From positions 1 to 64,000 of IMG/VR virus record IMGVR_UViG_3300028920_000022: a stretch of 64,000 nt of DNA; one strand, given 5' to 3'. Position 1 is the stretch's first letter, and every line of letters begins with the position of its first letter. Both the position numbers and the translations under genes were made by a program. The notes under the pieces are model-generated. The model saw only the letters and a program-made list of their open reading frames with translations, made no database searches and had not been told where the DNA came from. This document shows positions 1-8,928 of this stretch, one piece after another.

Positions 1-1349
1 TCTTCTAATAGAGGAACGATATCACTGAACGCAGTATGATTTAATCTTTCAATATCATGTGTGGCATTCTGCAAATCCGACACCCAACTATTTAAATCAT
101 GTTTTCCCCACCAGACGGAATTTCCCCGCATGTGCTGGAAGATATTATAAAACGAATTTGCTCCACGGATTACACTATCGTTTTTTATCAAATAATTCAA
201 CTGCTCTTCAGTGGCATCACCATATTCCTCTTTTATTTTTTTCACTTGTTTTTCTGCAATATCCTTAACAATGGCACGTATTTTGTTTTCTACCGAAATA
301 ATGTTTTTATAAATGAAGCTTTTTAATTCTCCATACTTTACATCTTGGTGTTCCATTGTAGAAGAGCTGTGTTGAGAATAAGCCGGGAGATGTCTTACCT
401 CTGTTTTCACCGTATCAGGCGCAACACTATCCAGTTGGAGTGCTGTTTGTTTTGCTTCATCAACTCCACCTTTGTCCACGAAAACGATAATTTTATCCAA
501 ATCCGATTCGTCAAATTTAAATGGTAGTGGAAGAACCCATTCTTGTTCGTAACGATATATTTCTGAAATAAATGGGGATTTGTAATTTTCTGATTGTAGA
601 CCTTTTTCAAACATTTCCAGATATTCTTTTTCCGGAAGATAACGTTGTTTTTTAGCTTTACGTCGTTGTATTACTTTAGGATCAAAAGCAAAAATGACAT
701 TACCAAACTTGGCAGCTACAGTCAATTCAGAAGTCAACGACAACACATCAAACGCGCTAGATTTGAAAAATTCTCTATTCACTAACACCGAATAGGCATC
801 TGCTGGATTTGTACCATGATACAGGTGTGATTTTGGTTGAGCAAATTCCCGACGAGGCATATTTAGGAACTGTCGATAATATTCCCTACTGTTTTCTCCG
901 AACTGGTTTAATTTGTTGTATTCTCTTTGTAATATTCCCTCAGCCCATCTATTACCTTGGCGCATAAAATATTTACGCAAATTATACAGTTCCTGAAGAA
1001 TATCTTTAATATCTTCCTGTGCCGTTTGCCAATTAATTTGGCGTGGTTTTGCTAATAACTCTTCTATCTTTCCAAAGATTGGATCATTATCTGCTATAAA
1101 TTTTAAACCACTTATAGTTTGTCTAAGATAATCAAATCTATCTTTTAATTCTGCTGCAAAGGCAAATAATGTTGCTACCTTTACTAGCGGCGCAAAACAT
1201 GCCTTTTTCTTACGCTTGCGCTTTTTCTTATTTTTAGTGGCACGTTCTGGAAGGTTGGTACCTTTGGGGGTATGGGCTTCCCATTTCTCAGCCATTTCAG
1301 GCTTGTTAGCATACATCCATCGGCGCTGTTGTTTAGATTTGAACGGCAT
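1..1349 (-). CDS. ADP-ribosyltransferase-like protein, possibly virion-packaged (3' partial, runs off window)
   Basis: Translated by hand from ATG at 1349 and open to the window edge (not in ORF track). N-term MPFKSKQQRRWMYANKPEMAEKW; ART-like motifs LYHGT, LSLTSE, YRYEQEW. Confidence 0.65.
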   Translation of the reverse strand, partial: MPFKSKQQRRWMYANKPEMAEKWEAHTPKGTNLPERATKNKKKRKRKKKACFAPLVKVATLFAFAAELKDRFDYLRQTISGLKFIADNDPIFGKIEELLAKPRQINWQTAQEDIKDILQELYNLRKYFMRQGNRWAEGILQREYNKLNQFGENSREYYRQFLNMPRREFAQPKSHLYHGTNPADAYSVLVNREFFKSSAFDVLSLTSELTVAAKFGNVIFAFDPKVIQRRKAKKQRYLPEKEYLEMFEKGLQSENYKSPFISEIYRYEQEWVLPLPFKFDESDLDKIIVFVDKGGVDEAKQTALQLDSVAPDTVKTEVRHLPAYSQHSSSTMEHQDVKYGELKSFIYKNIISVENKIRAIVKDIAEKQVKKIKEEYGDATEEQLNYLIKNDSVIRGANSFYNIFQHMRGNSVWWGKHDLNSWVSDLQNATHDIERLNHTAFSDIVPLLE

Positions 1350-1364
1350 TACCGATATGCATAA

Positions 1365-1619
1365 TTATCGCCTGAGCATAATAAACCGGGTTAAATCAAC
1401 AAATAACAATCTGGCACAAACGGTTACGCCCAACCAGTATATTATGTTTTGGAAGGAAAAATCAGAACCTATTACGAAAAATACCCACACGAAAGCCGTC
1501 AATGATCCTGTCCATACAGCAGTGGCAACACTATTCATTTCTTTTTGAATAGCAATATTATAGCTGACCGGAAGATTAGAACTTACCGGCGTTCGTTTTT
1601 TGTTTCTAAAGCTGACCAT
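1365..1619 (-). CDS. small membrane protein
   Basis: two hydrophobic segments; start corrected to MVSFRN. Confidence 0.55.
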   Translation of the reverse strand: MVSFRNKKRTPVSSNLPVSYNIAIQKEMNSVATAVWTGSLTAFVWVFFVIGSDFSFQNIIYWLGVTVCARLLFVDLTRFIMLRR

Positions 1620-1831
1620 TATTCTATAATATCCTTGATTATCCACTCATCGTCTGTCATTTTGCAAGGAAAAGCTGAGCTTATCAACTCTTCCCTTTTC
1701 TCCGGATGTTCTTTTATCAACTGCCATATATGCGGATCTCGATGGTTTTTGACTATGAAATTAATAAACATTTCTCTAGTTCTACATTTGATGCAGACAC
1801 CGTTTTCGAATCTATGTATCTTTTTTTGCAC
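1619..1831 (-). CDS. ZnF-IIE family protein
   Basis: H..CIKC..C, ends EWIIKDIIE. Confidence 0.75.
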   Translation of the reverse strand: MQKKIHRFENGVCIKCRTREMFINFIVKNHRDPHIWQLIKEHPEKREELISSAFPCKMTDDEWIIKDIIE

Positions 1832-1835
1832 AGTA

Positions 1836-2120
1836 TTATTCGATAATATTCCAAATTATCATCTCGGCGCAAGTTTCCTCGCCGGTTAATTCTCTGTGAG
1901 GTAATGCTGGATTAGGATACACCACTACTAATTTGTTTTTTTCGTTTTTTCTAGCCATTAATCCACACTTGGAACACCGATACATTAGTTGTTCAACCCA
2001 GTTGCGCCCAACACATTCGAAGTCATGGTGTGCTTTGATTTCTGTTTCTTTGAGTATAACAGTGCCATACAAAACGCCTGGGATTGAGTATCCTCCGGGA
2101 AAATTTGGCATACATACCAC
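1836..2120 (-). CDS. ZnF-IIE family protein
   Basis: HHDF..CSKCG..TCAEMIIWNIIE. Confidence 0.75.
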   Translation of the reverse strand: MVCMPNFPGGYSIPGVLYGTVILKETEIKAHHDFECVGRNWVEQLMYRCSKCGLMARKNEKNKLVVVYPNPALPHRELTGEETCAEMIIWNIIE

Positions 2121-2125
2121 CTGTT

Positions 2126-2329
2126 TTACTCAATAATTTCGCGAATTATAATTTCTTCGCAAGTTTCTTTTCCGGTTATATTTTTTGGAGTAATTTCTAT
2201 CTCAATACCAACGAGGAGTGGCATTCGTTTTTGTCCTGGAGTCCACGTTCGTTTAAGATTTTTAATAATATCATCCGTCGGCATCAGTTCGCTACTGTAA
2301 CAACGTTTAAGATTTCTAAGTTTAGTCAT
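2126..2329 (-). CDS. IIE-tail protein
   Basis: ends TCEEIIIREIIE. Confidence 0.7.
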   Translation of the reverse strand: MTKLRNLKRCYSSELMPTDDIIKNLKRTWTPGQKRMPLLVGIEIEITPKNITGKETCEEIIIREIIE

Positions 2330-2573
2330 TCCACCTTTTTATCACCAGCTGATATTCGTCTAAACCCTCACAACATACTGCAATAAGTTTTCCTTCGTTT
2401 TTTTCGCAAATTATGTGTTTATGTCCTTTGCACATGTGTTCGCATTGATCTTGACGTATACGGTAATGTCTTTCTGACCTACCAATATCAGAACACGCAG
2501 CGAATAAAAGCAATATTACAACTGATATTGTAACAAATAATATCATCCATGTGCTAACATCTCCTTTTTCCAT
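2322..2573 (-). CDS. Cys-rich membrane-anchored/lipoprotein-like protein
   Basis: N-terminal hydrophobic helix, LFAAC, several Cys. Confidence 0.6.
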   Translation of the reverse strand: MEKGDVSTWMILFVTISVVILLLFAACSDIGRSERHYRIRQDQCEHMCKGHKHIICEKNEGKLIAVCCEGLDEYQLVIKRWND

Positions 2574-2580
2574 GACATCC

Positions 2581-3501
2581 TCACAGTGACAGCATAGCTG
2601 CGGCTTCTTCTACATTAATTCTGTTAGCAGCCAAATCTGACAATACATGTCTTAATGTACGAACTTGCCATCCGTCGTAAACAATCCCATCGTAATACAA
2701 AACCTGTTTCGAAAACTGAACCGGATTGATAGGCTGTTTTCTAAACGGGGTCTGTAACCCACACATTTGTCGGAAATTAACCGGCACGTCATCAATTACC
2801 GTGTCATGATTGCATCCGTCAATAAAAGGATCTTGCGTTAACCCATGTTTGTTTTCGTAAATGTCGCACAAATCTACAAATTTTTCCCCGTCAAATTTAA
2901 GTTCCGCAAACCTAACATTTGTGGCGCCCAAGTTTTTAGCAAAATTAATATATTTGGCTATTTCTTTTTCTGAGTCTATTGCGTTTTTGATTAGATTACA
3001 ATTCAACCTAATTCTTCCACCAATATTACGAATTTTCTGGATAGATTCTTTTAGTTCGATTTCTTTTAGATTAACCCCTACAATATTACGATTTTTATTC
3101 AAATCATAATGGTGGATAGATATATTTACACCAGCTATTTGATCAAGAAAATCAACCGTTCTTTTCAATAAAGATCCGTTAGTAGTAATCCAAACAGAGC
3201 GGTTTGCCTCATTTAACATTCGAATTAGGGGTTCTAAATCTTTATATAAGGTAGGTTCTCCGCCTAAAAGGATTATGTTTTGTTTTCCGGTATTAATTGC
3301 TGCTTGTCCAATTTCCCGCCAGGTAGCTTTATGATCTGGGTGCCATCCACGTTTTTCTACACACCAGCTACATTTACCATTGCATTCGGGTAATAGGTTA
3401 ACTTCCAACCAATCTTGGAAATTACCTCCGCAAAAATTGGATGGATGAGGATATGTTTTAGTAGACGCATCCACGTGGTTGTTCTTGCACATTGATGACA
3501 C
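2581..3501 (-). CDS. radical SAM protein
   Basis: CNGKCSWC (CxxxCxxC), GGEP, TTNG; start uncertain. Confidence 0.9.
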   Translation of the reverse strand: MSSMCKNNHVDASTKTYPHPSNFCGGNFQDWLEVNLLPECNGKCSWCVEKRGWHPDHKATWREIGQAAINTGKQNIILLGGEPTLYKDLEPLIRMLNEANRSVWITTNGSLLKRTVDFLDQIAGVNISIHHYDLNKNRNIVGVNLKEIELKESIQKIRNIGGRIRLNCNLIKNAIDSEKEIAKYINFAKNLGATNVRFAELKFDGEKFVDLCDIYENKHGLTQDPFIDGCNHDTVIDDVPVNFRQMCGLQTPFRKQPINPVQFSKQVLYYDGIVYDGWQVRTLRHVLSDLAANRINVEEAAAMLSL

Positions 3502-3607
3502 AATTAACTTCTGGAGTCGCTAGCTTTTTGATTAAAGCTTCTGCTTTTTCAACAGAAATTTTGCCAGACTGTACGTCCTTCAGTATGTCTTTGATTTGTT
3601 TTTCCAT
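3458..3607 (-). CDS. 49-aa peptide with SHOCT-like helix pair
   Basis: hand translation MEKQIKDILKDVQSGKISVEKAEALIKKLA...GCVY. Confidence 0.55.
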   Translation of the reverse strand: MEKQIKDILKDVQSGKISVEKAEALIKKLATPEVNCVINVQEQPRGCVY

Positions 3608-3609
3608 AG

Positions 3610-3683
3610 TGACTCCAGTGGGACTTGAACCCAACATTTCTAGAGTGAGAGTCTAGTTGCCTATCCTGTTAGCAGATGGAGCC
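3610..3683 (-). tRNA. tRNA-Glu(CTC)
   Basis: GGCTCCA/TGGAGTC acceptor, CTAGA-CTCTCAC-TCTAG anticodon arm, GGTTCAAGTCC T arm; no CCA. Confidence 0.9.
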
Positions 3684-4003
3684 TATTCTATTATCTCTTT
3701 AATATCCCAATCGTTATCTGTATATTGACAAGGTAGAATTCTTTTGATTACTTTTCCCCACTCACCAACTTTGTAAAACGAATATGAAACTCTAAATCTA
3801 TTCAAACCACATTTAATACAATTATTATCATCTCCCCATGTATGTTTGAATTTTTCTGCGTGGCTTCTAGATTCGAATTTACATTCTGGTTCTTCAATTT
3901 TTTCGCTAGACCATTTTGTACATTTTAAACAGATATATTTGCGTCCCGGAATTTGAGAAGTTGTTCTGCACCAATCATGAAAATACATACTACTATTATT
4001 CAA
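3683..4003 (-). CDS. ZnF-IIE family protein (two zinc knuckles)
   Basis: HDW..CLKC, HTW..CIKC, ends WDIKEIIE. Confidence 0.8.
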   Translation of the reverse strand: MNNSSMYFHDWCRTTSQIPGRKYICLKCTKWSSEKIEEPECKFESRSHAEKFKHTWGDDNNCIKCGLNRFRVSYSFYKVGEWGKVIKRILPCQYTDNDWDIKEIIE

Positions 4004-4259
4004 TAATATTCTTGATTATTACTTCTCGACAAGTATCTTCAGAATCATATGGCAAAATATCCTCGGTCCATTCTCCCATTTCGTCATTCCAGCGCTGGTA
4101 CCCAGATGTACCACATTCCGTGCAGTAATACCACCTAATTGTACCTTCCGCCGTATGGTTGTCCGAATCTTCCACAAAATGGTGTGTTTTTGATGCGGCT
4201 AATCTCTTTCGTATTGTTTCCACCAAAAAAATAAAGTCTTTGTTTTCCTTCAGTTTCAT
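3996..4259 (-). CDS. ZnF-IIE family protein
   Basis: HHF..CTECG..TCREVIIKNIIE. Confidence 0.8.
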   Translation of the reverse strand: MKLKENKDFIFLVETIRKRLAASKTHHFVEDSDNHTAEGTIRWYYCTECGTSGYQRWNDEMGEWTEDILPYDSEDTCREVIIKNIIE

Positions 4260-4615
4260 ATAATATCTCGAATGATTAATTCAGAACAAGTATATTTTTC
4301 AGCGAAACCATCTGCTGGCGAAAACTTCCCAGGTTTAGAAACCCTAAGTTTTTCATTATAATCTTTATAAAACATATTTTCGCACTCAGGACATATAATA
4401 ATTAAATCGCTTGATAATATTAAATATGAGAAGTAATCTCTTTTTATTTGGACACGATGCCCTAGCTTTTCTAGTAATTTAATCTCATCCCACAGTTTGT
4501 ATTTTCCATAACCAAATCTTATTATTCTGTATAACGTACAAGAGGAATGAAAGATTAGCTTCCATAAAGGCTTCAAACATAGGGAAAAAAACAATATGAT
4601 TAAAAGTTCAATCAT
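4256..4615 (-). CDS. ZnF-IIE family protein with N-terminal hydrophobic segment
   Basis: LGH..CPEC..TCSELIIRDII; ATGA-coupled start. Confidence 0.75.
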   Translation of the reverse strand: MIELLIILFFSLCLKPLWKLIFHSSCTLYRIIRFGYGKYKLWDEIKLLEKLGHRVQIKRDYFSYLILSSDLIIICPECENMFYKDYNEKLRVSKPGKFSPADGFAEKYTCSELIIRDII

Positions 4616-4878
4616 TCTATTATATCTTTCGTTGCAAACTCTCCACAAGTCATATCTGGATAATCAAACCACATATTGTTTTCCAAATAGTAAATGTTCA
4701 AATAAGTACGAAAATTATTGTACCAAGCAATATCTTTATCCCAGCCGCCGGTTACAGTAAAAATGGTACCACAGTTTTCGCATATCATATCATAATGGTT
4801 TGCCAGTATATGTCTTTTGACCAGTTTGTGTCCTAAATTCTCTAACTTTTCTATGGCGTGGTGAGGATATTTGATCAT
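4612..4878 (-). CDS. ZnF-IIE family protein (CGTIFTxxGGW subfamily)
   Basis: LGH..CENCGTIFTVTGGW..TCGEFATKDIIE. Confidence 0.8.
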   Translation of the reverse strand: MIKYPHHAIEKLENLGHKLVKRHILANHYDMICENCGTIFTVTGGWDKDIAWYNNFRTYLNIYYLENNMWFDYPDMTCGEFATKDIIE

Positions 4879-5171
4879 TTGATTACATCCATAATAATAC
4901 ATTCGTCACAAGTAATATCAGTGTAATATTCCCACATCAAATCACCACCAACCCAATAATGTAAACGTATGAGCAGATCAGATTTTGCGTACCACTCTTG
5001 ATCTCTATACCATCCGCCATTGATAGTAAAGATTGTACCACATTTAGAACAAGTGATTTCCAACACTTTATCTTCTGGTGGCATACAAGCCCTCCAAGGA
5101 AATTCTATTTCAGCCAAAGAATGCCCCAAACGTATTAATTGGTTTTTGAATTTGTTGCGACAATCTTTCAT
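4875..5171 (-). CDS. ZnF-IIE family protein (CGTIFTxxGGW subfamily)
   Basis: LGH..CSKCGTIFTINGGW..TCDECIIMDVIK. Confidence 0.8.
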   Translation of the reverse strand: MKDCRNKFKNQLIRLGHSLAEIEFPWRACMPPEDKVLEITCSKCGTIFTINGGWYRDQEWYAKSDLLIRLHYWVGGDLMWEYYTDITCDECIIMDVIK

Positions 5172-5479
5172 TCAATTATTTCCTTGATAATACATTCTTT
5201 ACAGGTCAAGTTAGGATACTTTCGCCAGTTGGTGAAGCGTCCTACCTTGTTGGTGCTCCAGTAGTATAAAAGCACAGGCTCTCCGATTTTGATATACCAC
5301 GAATTGTCTCTTTCCCATCCGCCAGTAATGGTGAAAATAGTTTTGCAATTATTACATACAAAAACAGCATGGTCTTTATAGATGTCAATACCAACATCCA
5401 TACGTGATTTTTTGATTAGATCGTGCCCCAGATTCTTTAGAATCATTTTGAAATCTTCTGGATATTTTGGCGTGGTCAT
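5168..5479 (-). CDS. ZnF-IIE family protein (CGTIFTxxGGW subfamily)
   Basis: LGH..CNNC..TCKECIIKEIIE. Confidence 0.8.
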   Translation of the reverse strand: MTTPKYPEDFKMILKNLGHDLIKKSRMDVGIDIYKDHAVFVCNNCKTIFTITGGWERDNSWYIKIGEPVLLYYWSTNKVGRFTNWRKYPNLTCKECIIKEIIE

Positions 5480-5499
5480 GTGATTATTTAGAAATTATT

Positions 5500-5772
5500 T
5501 CATTCAATTACGCCCTTAATTATACACTCATCACATGTTTCGTTTTCATAATGAAGCCAATCATCCTTTTTGATATTCCAATAATACATAAAATTACTTT
5601 CGTTGCTGTTGCTGTAAAATGCACCAGGAGTTACAAAAACAGTGGAACACTTTTCGCACACAAAAACAGTGTAATGTAAACCTTTTTTATTGCACAAAAC
5701 TTCGTCAACCAGTTTTTCAACTACTTTGTGTTCAAGGTTTTCTAATATTACTACGAGTTGTGCTTTAGTCAT
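5500..5772 (-). CDS. ZnF-IIE family protein
   Basis: LEH..CEKC..TCDECIIKGVIE. Confidence 0.8.
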   Translation of the reverse strand: MTKAQLVVILENLEHKVVEKLVDEVLCNKKGLHYTVFVCEKCSTVFVTPGAFYSNSNESNFMYYWNIKKDDWLHYENETCDECIIKGVIE

Positions 5773-6050
5773 TGTATAATGTTTCTGATTATAAAGTCTT
5801 TACATGTGTCTTTAGGATAATATTTCCAACCAACCATATTTCCTCCCCAATACAATATATCCTTTACGAACATGTTGTTACCACCCCACTGACCTCCGCT
5901 CGTAGTAAAAATCGTTCCACAATTATTACAAACGAAAAGCGAGTTATCAGGGAACACGTTATCTTTAAACACATCATCCCATGGTTTTTCAACCGGATGA
6001 TGACCAAGGCTTTGTAATGCCTTCACAAATTTTTGTTTTTTGGTGGTCAT
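5769..6050 (-). CDS. ZnF-IIE family protein
   Basis: LGH..CNNCG..TCKDFIIRNIIQ. Confidence 0.8.
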   Translation of the reverse strand: MTTKKQKFVKALQSLGHHPVEKPWDDVFKDNVFPDNSLFVCNNCGTIFTTSGGQWGGNNMFVKDILYWGGNMVGWKYYPKDTCKDFIIRNIIQ

Positions 6051-6319
6051 TTGATGATATTTCTAACAATCGTTTCGTTGCAAGTATATTCATTATCTTT
6101 TTGCCAACCGTTCCATTTTCCGCCCCAATATATAATAGTTATTTCAGATATATCACCTTCAAATGTACCACCCAATATAGTAAAAATTGTGCCGCAACTG
6201 CGGCAAACAAAAACATTAAATCTCATACCTTTAATATCAAGCGCTTTGCTCGCTGGTGTTTCAATAACCTGATGACCACGCAACTTTAATTTTTCTACAA
6301 ATTTTTGCTTTTTAGTCAT
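6047..6319 (-). CDS. ZnF-IIE family protein
   Basis: RGH..CRSCG..TCNETIVRNIIK. Confidence 0.8.
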   Translation of the reverse strand: MTKKQKFVEKLKLRGHQVIETPASKALDIKGMRFNVFVCRSCGTIFTILGGTFEGDISEITIIYWGGKWNGWQKDNEYTCNETIVRNIIK

Positions 6320-6600
6320 TGAATAATGCTTCTAATAATAGTTTCATCGCATGTTAAGTTATTATAATCCTCCCACTTATCTGTAACATAATTAAATATT
6401 TGCCATTCTGCTCTTGGAAGATTACAAAACCAACCACCGTTTACAGTAAAAATAGTTCCACACTTGGTACATATTTTTTCTTTAATTTTCCCTTTCTCAT
6501 CGTAAGATAGGGGTTGCCTCCATGGAAACACAATCCATTTTAGCGTGTGACCTTTGCCACATAAATATTCCAAACATTCGTTGGAGCTTGAGAAATTCAT
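6316..6600 (-). CDS. ZnF-IIE family protein
   Basis: KGH..CTKCG..TCDETIIRSIIQ. Confidence 0.8.
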   Translation of the reverse strand: MNFSSSNECLEYLCGKGHTLKWIVFPWRQPLSYDEKGKIKEKICTKCGTIFTVNGGWFCNLPRAEWQIFNYVTDKWEDYNNLTCDETIIRSIIQ

Positions 6601-6881
6601 TGGATTATATTTCGGATAATCATTTCTTTACAGGTTATCATGGGATATTCTTCCCAAAATCCGGTCCAATAATATATACAGTACGGATATAATCCATAAA
6701 ATTCATCATCTCTATCCCAGCCACCGTTGAGAGTAAAAACAGTGCCACAATTAATGCACTCAAAATTTCGATTGGGCGAATATAACAATGTAACGCTAGG
6801 AAATGACGTTGATGTTCTTACCAAATGATGACCAAGCTTACCCAACTTTTCTTTATATTTTTGTGGGACAGTTGCCAGCAT
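6597..6881 (-). CDS. ZnF-IIE family protein
   Basis: LGH..CINCG..TCKEMIIRNIIQ. Confidence 0.8.
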   Translation of the reverse strand: MLATVPQKYKEKLGKLGHHLVRTSTSFPSVTLLYSPNRNFECINCGTVFTLNGGWDRDDEFYGLYPYCIYYWTGFWEEYPMITCKEMIIRNIIQ

Positions 6882-7138
6882 TACTCTATTACTTCCCGAA
6901 TTATAAACTCATCACATGTTTCGTTTTTATATTCTAACCATTCTGTGTAACTGTGTCGATAATATATTTTGATACCAAAACCGATTGTAGAAAATGCTGC
7001 ACCACAACCATCACATATTGTTATTTTAGAACGCCTTGGGCTAGAATGCAATATTTCCTTCGCGGATTTTTCTATTAAACTATGACCACGTGTTTCTAAT
7101 TGTTTTCGGTATCTTTGAGGTAGTGGTCTTATATTCAT
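6881..7138 (-). CDS. ZnF-IIE family protein
   Basis: RGH..CDGCG..TCDEFIIREVIE. Confidence 0.8.
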   Translation of the reverse strand: MNIRPLPQRYRKQLETRGHSLIEKSAKEILHSSPRRSKITICDGCGAAFSTIGFGIKIYYRHSYTEWLEYKNETCDEFIIREVIE

Positions 7139-7177
7139 GCCGCATCCTACCGCACCAAGCGAAAAATGTCTAGAACA

Positions 7178-7615
7178 TTATTCTATAATATTTTGTATAA
7201 TTGCTTCTTTTTCAATTAGAAATATTTTTCTCAAATCTTCTACACTATCAGCAAATCTGGGCCACTCGTCAGTACCGCCTATCTCATATATATATTTTCT
7301 ATCGAAAATACTAATAATTGAAAACACATTAATTGACGTACCTTTGAACTTTTGTTCAGAATCGATAAGCCCAGTATCTGCGAAATATTGGTATTTCGAA
7401 CCAATATATTTCCATGTTTCTAACATTGCTTTGTTTTCCTCGCAATTAAATGTTTCGTATTTTCCACTCCTAAATACTGCTTTGTATATATTTGATACGT
7501 CAACCTCTGGCGAAAGCAACAAATTAACAACTTTAACCAATACACCCTGACAGTACATCCCATCAGTGTCTTCTGGGTCTTTCAAACTATTATGTACTAT
7601 GACGTAATACTTCAT
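7178..7615 (-). CDS. IIE-tail protein without zinc finger
   Basis: ends EAIIQNIIE. Confidence 0.7.
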   Translation of the reverse strand: MKYYVIVHNSLKDPEDTDGMYCQGVLVKVVNLLLSPEVDVSNIYKAVFRSGKYETFNCEENKAMLETWKYIGSKYQYFADTGLIDSEQKFKGTSINVFSIISIFDRKYIYEIGGTDEWPRFADSVEDLRKIFLIEKEAIIQNIIE

Positions 7616-7628
7616 AGTTTACCTTGAG

Positions 7629-7701
7629 CAGGGCAGTCCGGATTCGAACCGAAATCGGCGGAGTTGGAAACCACAATGCTTGCCATTTGCACCACTGCCC
7701 T
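7629..7701 (-). tRNA. tRNA-Trp(CCA)
   Basis: AGGGCAG/CTGCCCT acceptor, anticodon loop TTCCAAC, GGTTCGAATCC. Confidence 0.85.
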
Positions 7702-7753
7702 GGGTCGGTTATGCAACCTCAGTTATCAAATTAACCTTTCGGTCAAGCTTCAG

Positions 7754-7836
7754 TGCTTTGGGAGAGACTCGAACTCTCACGCCCGGAGGGCATCAAATTT
7801 TGAATTTGACATGTCTTCCTGTTCCATCACCAAAGC
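7754..7836 (-). tRNA. tRNA-Leu(CAA)
   Basis: GCTTTGG/CCAAAGC acceptor, TCAAA-TTCAAAA-TTTGA, long variable arm. Confidence 0.9.
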
Positions 7837-7841
7837 GGTTG

Positions 7842-7870
7842 TGAGTCAGGTCGGGATCGAACCCAACCGT
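7842..7870 (-). pseudogene. tRNA 3'-half remnant (T arm plus acceptor 3' strand)
   Basis: GGTTGGGTTCGATCCCGACCTGACTCA; no matching 5' strand found. Confidence 0.4.
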
Positions 7871-7934
7871 TTTACTTTGCCGCTAGCCTTAACAACGTTT
7901 AGAATTTGTTGTCTCAGTTTTTCCTCTTGTTCTG

Positions 7935-8165
7935 TCATTTCTTGTCCAAAATCTTTTCTAAGTCCTCTGCGACTTGTTCTATTCTTATTTCTCTATCAAG
8001 CTCTATTTTGATCGGATCGATAACCACCAGTTCACCCTCTATATTTTTCCTAACTTCTTCCTCTTTCTTTTTTAAAACTTTTCTTACGGATTCATCAAAA
8101 CCCCTAAGTTCGTACCTAGAAATTTCTTTAGCCCAAGTCAAACCCTCGTATTTTGCCTTTTCCAT
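7935..8165 (-). CDS. hypothetical coiled-coil protein
   Basis: start corrected to MEKAKY, just 3' of tRNA-Pro. Confidence 0.65.
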   Translation of the reverse strand: MEKAKYEGLTWAKEISRYELRGFDESVRKVLKKKEEEVRKNIEGELVVIDPIKIELDREIRIEQVAEDLEKILDKK

Positions 8166-8167
8166 AG

Positions 8168-8240
8168 TCCGGGATGCATGATTCGAACATGCGTCTCGTG
8201 GTCCCAAACCACGTGCTAAACCAAACTCAGCTAAACCCGG
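8168..8240 (-). tRNA. tRNA-Pro(TGG)
   Basis: CGTGG-TTTGGGA-CCACG anticodon arm, GTTCGAATC T loop. Confidence 0.9.
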
Positions 8241-8474
8241 TTATTCAATTATCTCTTTAATTAAGAAATCTTCGTCTGACATCTTACAGGGTAAAAACTC
8301 CTGGATCCTTTCTTTTGTTTCTTGAATTGAACAATGTACATCGTATTTCCCAGTTTTGACAAACAGTTGCAGATGTAAATGTTGTAATGGCTGCCTACAC
8401 TTTTTACAAATTATAGTCGGTGGCTCATCGTATGCCGGCGGTAACTCCTCCCAAATGTGTCTGTATCCGCTCAT
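8241..8474 (-). CDS. ZnF-IIE family protein
   Basis: HIW..CKKC..PCKMSDEDFLIKEIIE. Confidence 0.8.
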   Translation of the reverse strand: MSGYRHIWEELPPAYDEPPTIICKKCRQPLQHLHLQLFVKTGKYDVHCSIQETKERIQEFLPCKMSDEDFLIKEIIE

Positions 8475-8755
8475 TCATCCATCCATTGTTCAATATATAC
8501 AGGTCCCATTTCCCATATTTTCTTAAAACATTCGTTGAGCAAGTTCGCATCGTCTTCTTCGCAAAAATGATACATTAAAGTGTCGTTAGTGCTCCAATTC
8601 ATACACCCATCCCACTTTAAATGTCCTTTTACCCTGGTTATAGAAACGTCCTTACCATTTTCTCTCCTGTTTTCTTTTATGCTAAAATCCATACTATACT
8701 CTCCAGGAATGATTTCTAGAAAATGATATTTGCGTATGTTAACAACTTCACTCAT
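8471..8755 (-). CDS. hypothetical protein
   Basis: coupled ORF, KWDGC..HFC motif. Confidence 0.7.
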   Translation of the reverse strand: MSEVVNIRKYHFLEIIPGEYSMDFSIKENRRENGKDVSITRVKGHLKWDGCMNWSTNDTLMYHFCEEDDANLLNECFKKIWEMGPVYIEQWMDE

Positions 8756-8928
8756 TCTATTATGTCCTTGATTATCATTTCCCTCACTATTTTTTCAACA
8801 TCAACACCATTTTTGATAGCTTCTTCGCATATGAATTTAAACTCTTCTTCGTAAAATGAAGACGCTCCGTCCGGCGACAATGTTTTGGCTTTTGGTCTCT
8901 TTTTAATCCGCGAACATGGTTTATTCAT
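8752..8928 (-). CDS. 58-aa IIE-tail protein
   Basis: hand translation MNKPCSR...IVREMIIKDIIE; ATGA overlaps on both sides. Confidence 0.7.
   Translation of the reverse strand: MNKPCSRIKKRPKAKTLSPDGASSFYEEEFKFICEEAIKNGVDVEKIVREMIIKDIIE

Noticed and set aside
59-1889. Short ORFs at the left end of the track (59, 99, 345, 407, 1216, 1545)
   Set aside because: They overlap the long minus-strand ART-like frame and its neighbours.
7842-7934. A tenth intact tRNA or tmRNA end
   Set aside because: Only a T-arm-like hairpin and 3' acceptor strand; no complementary 5' strand or anticodon arm found.
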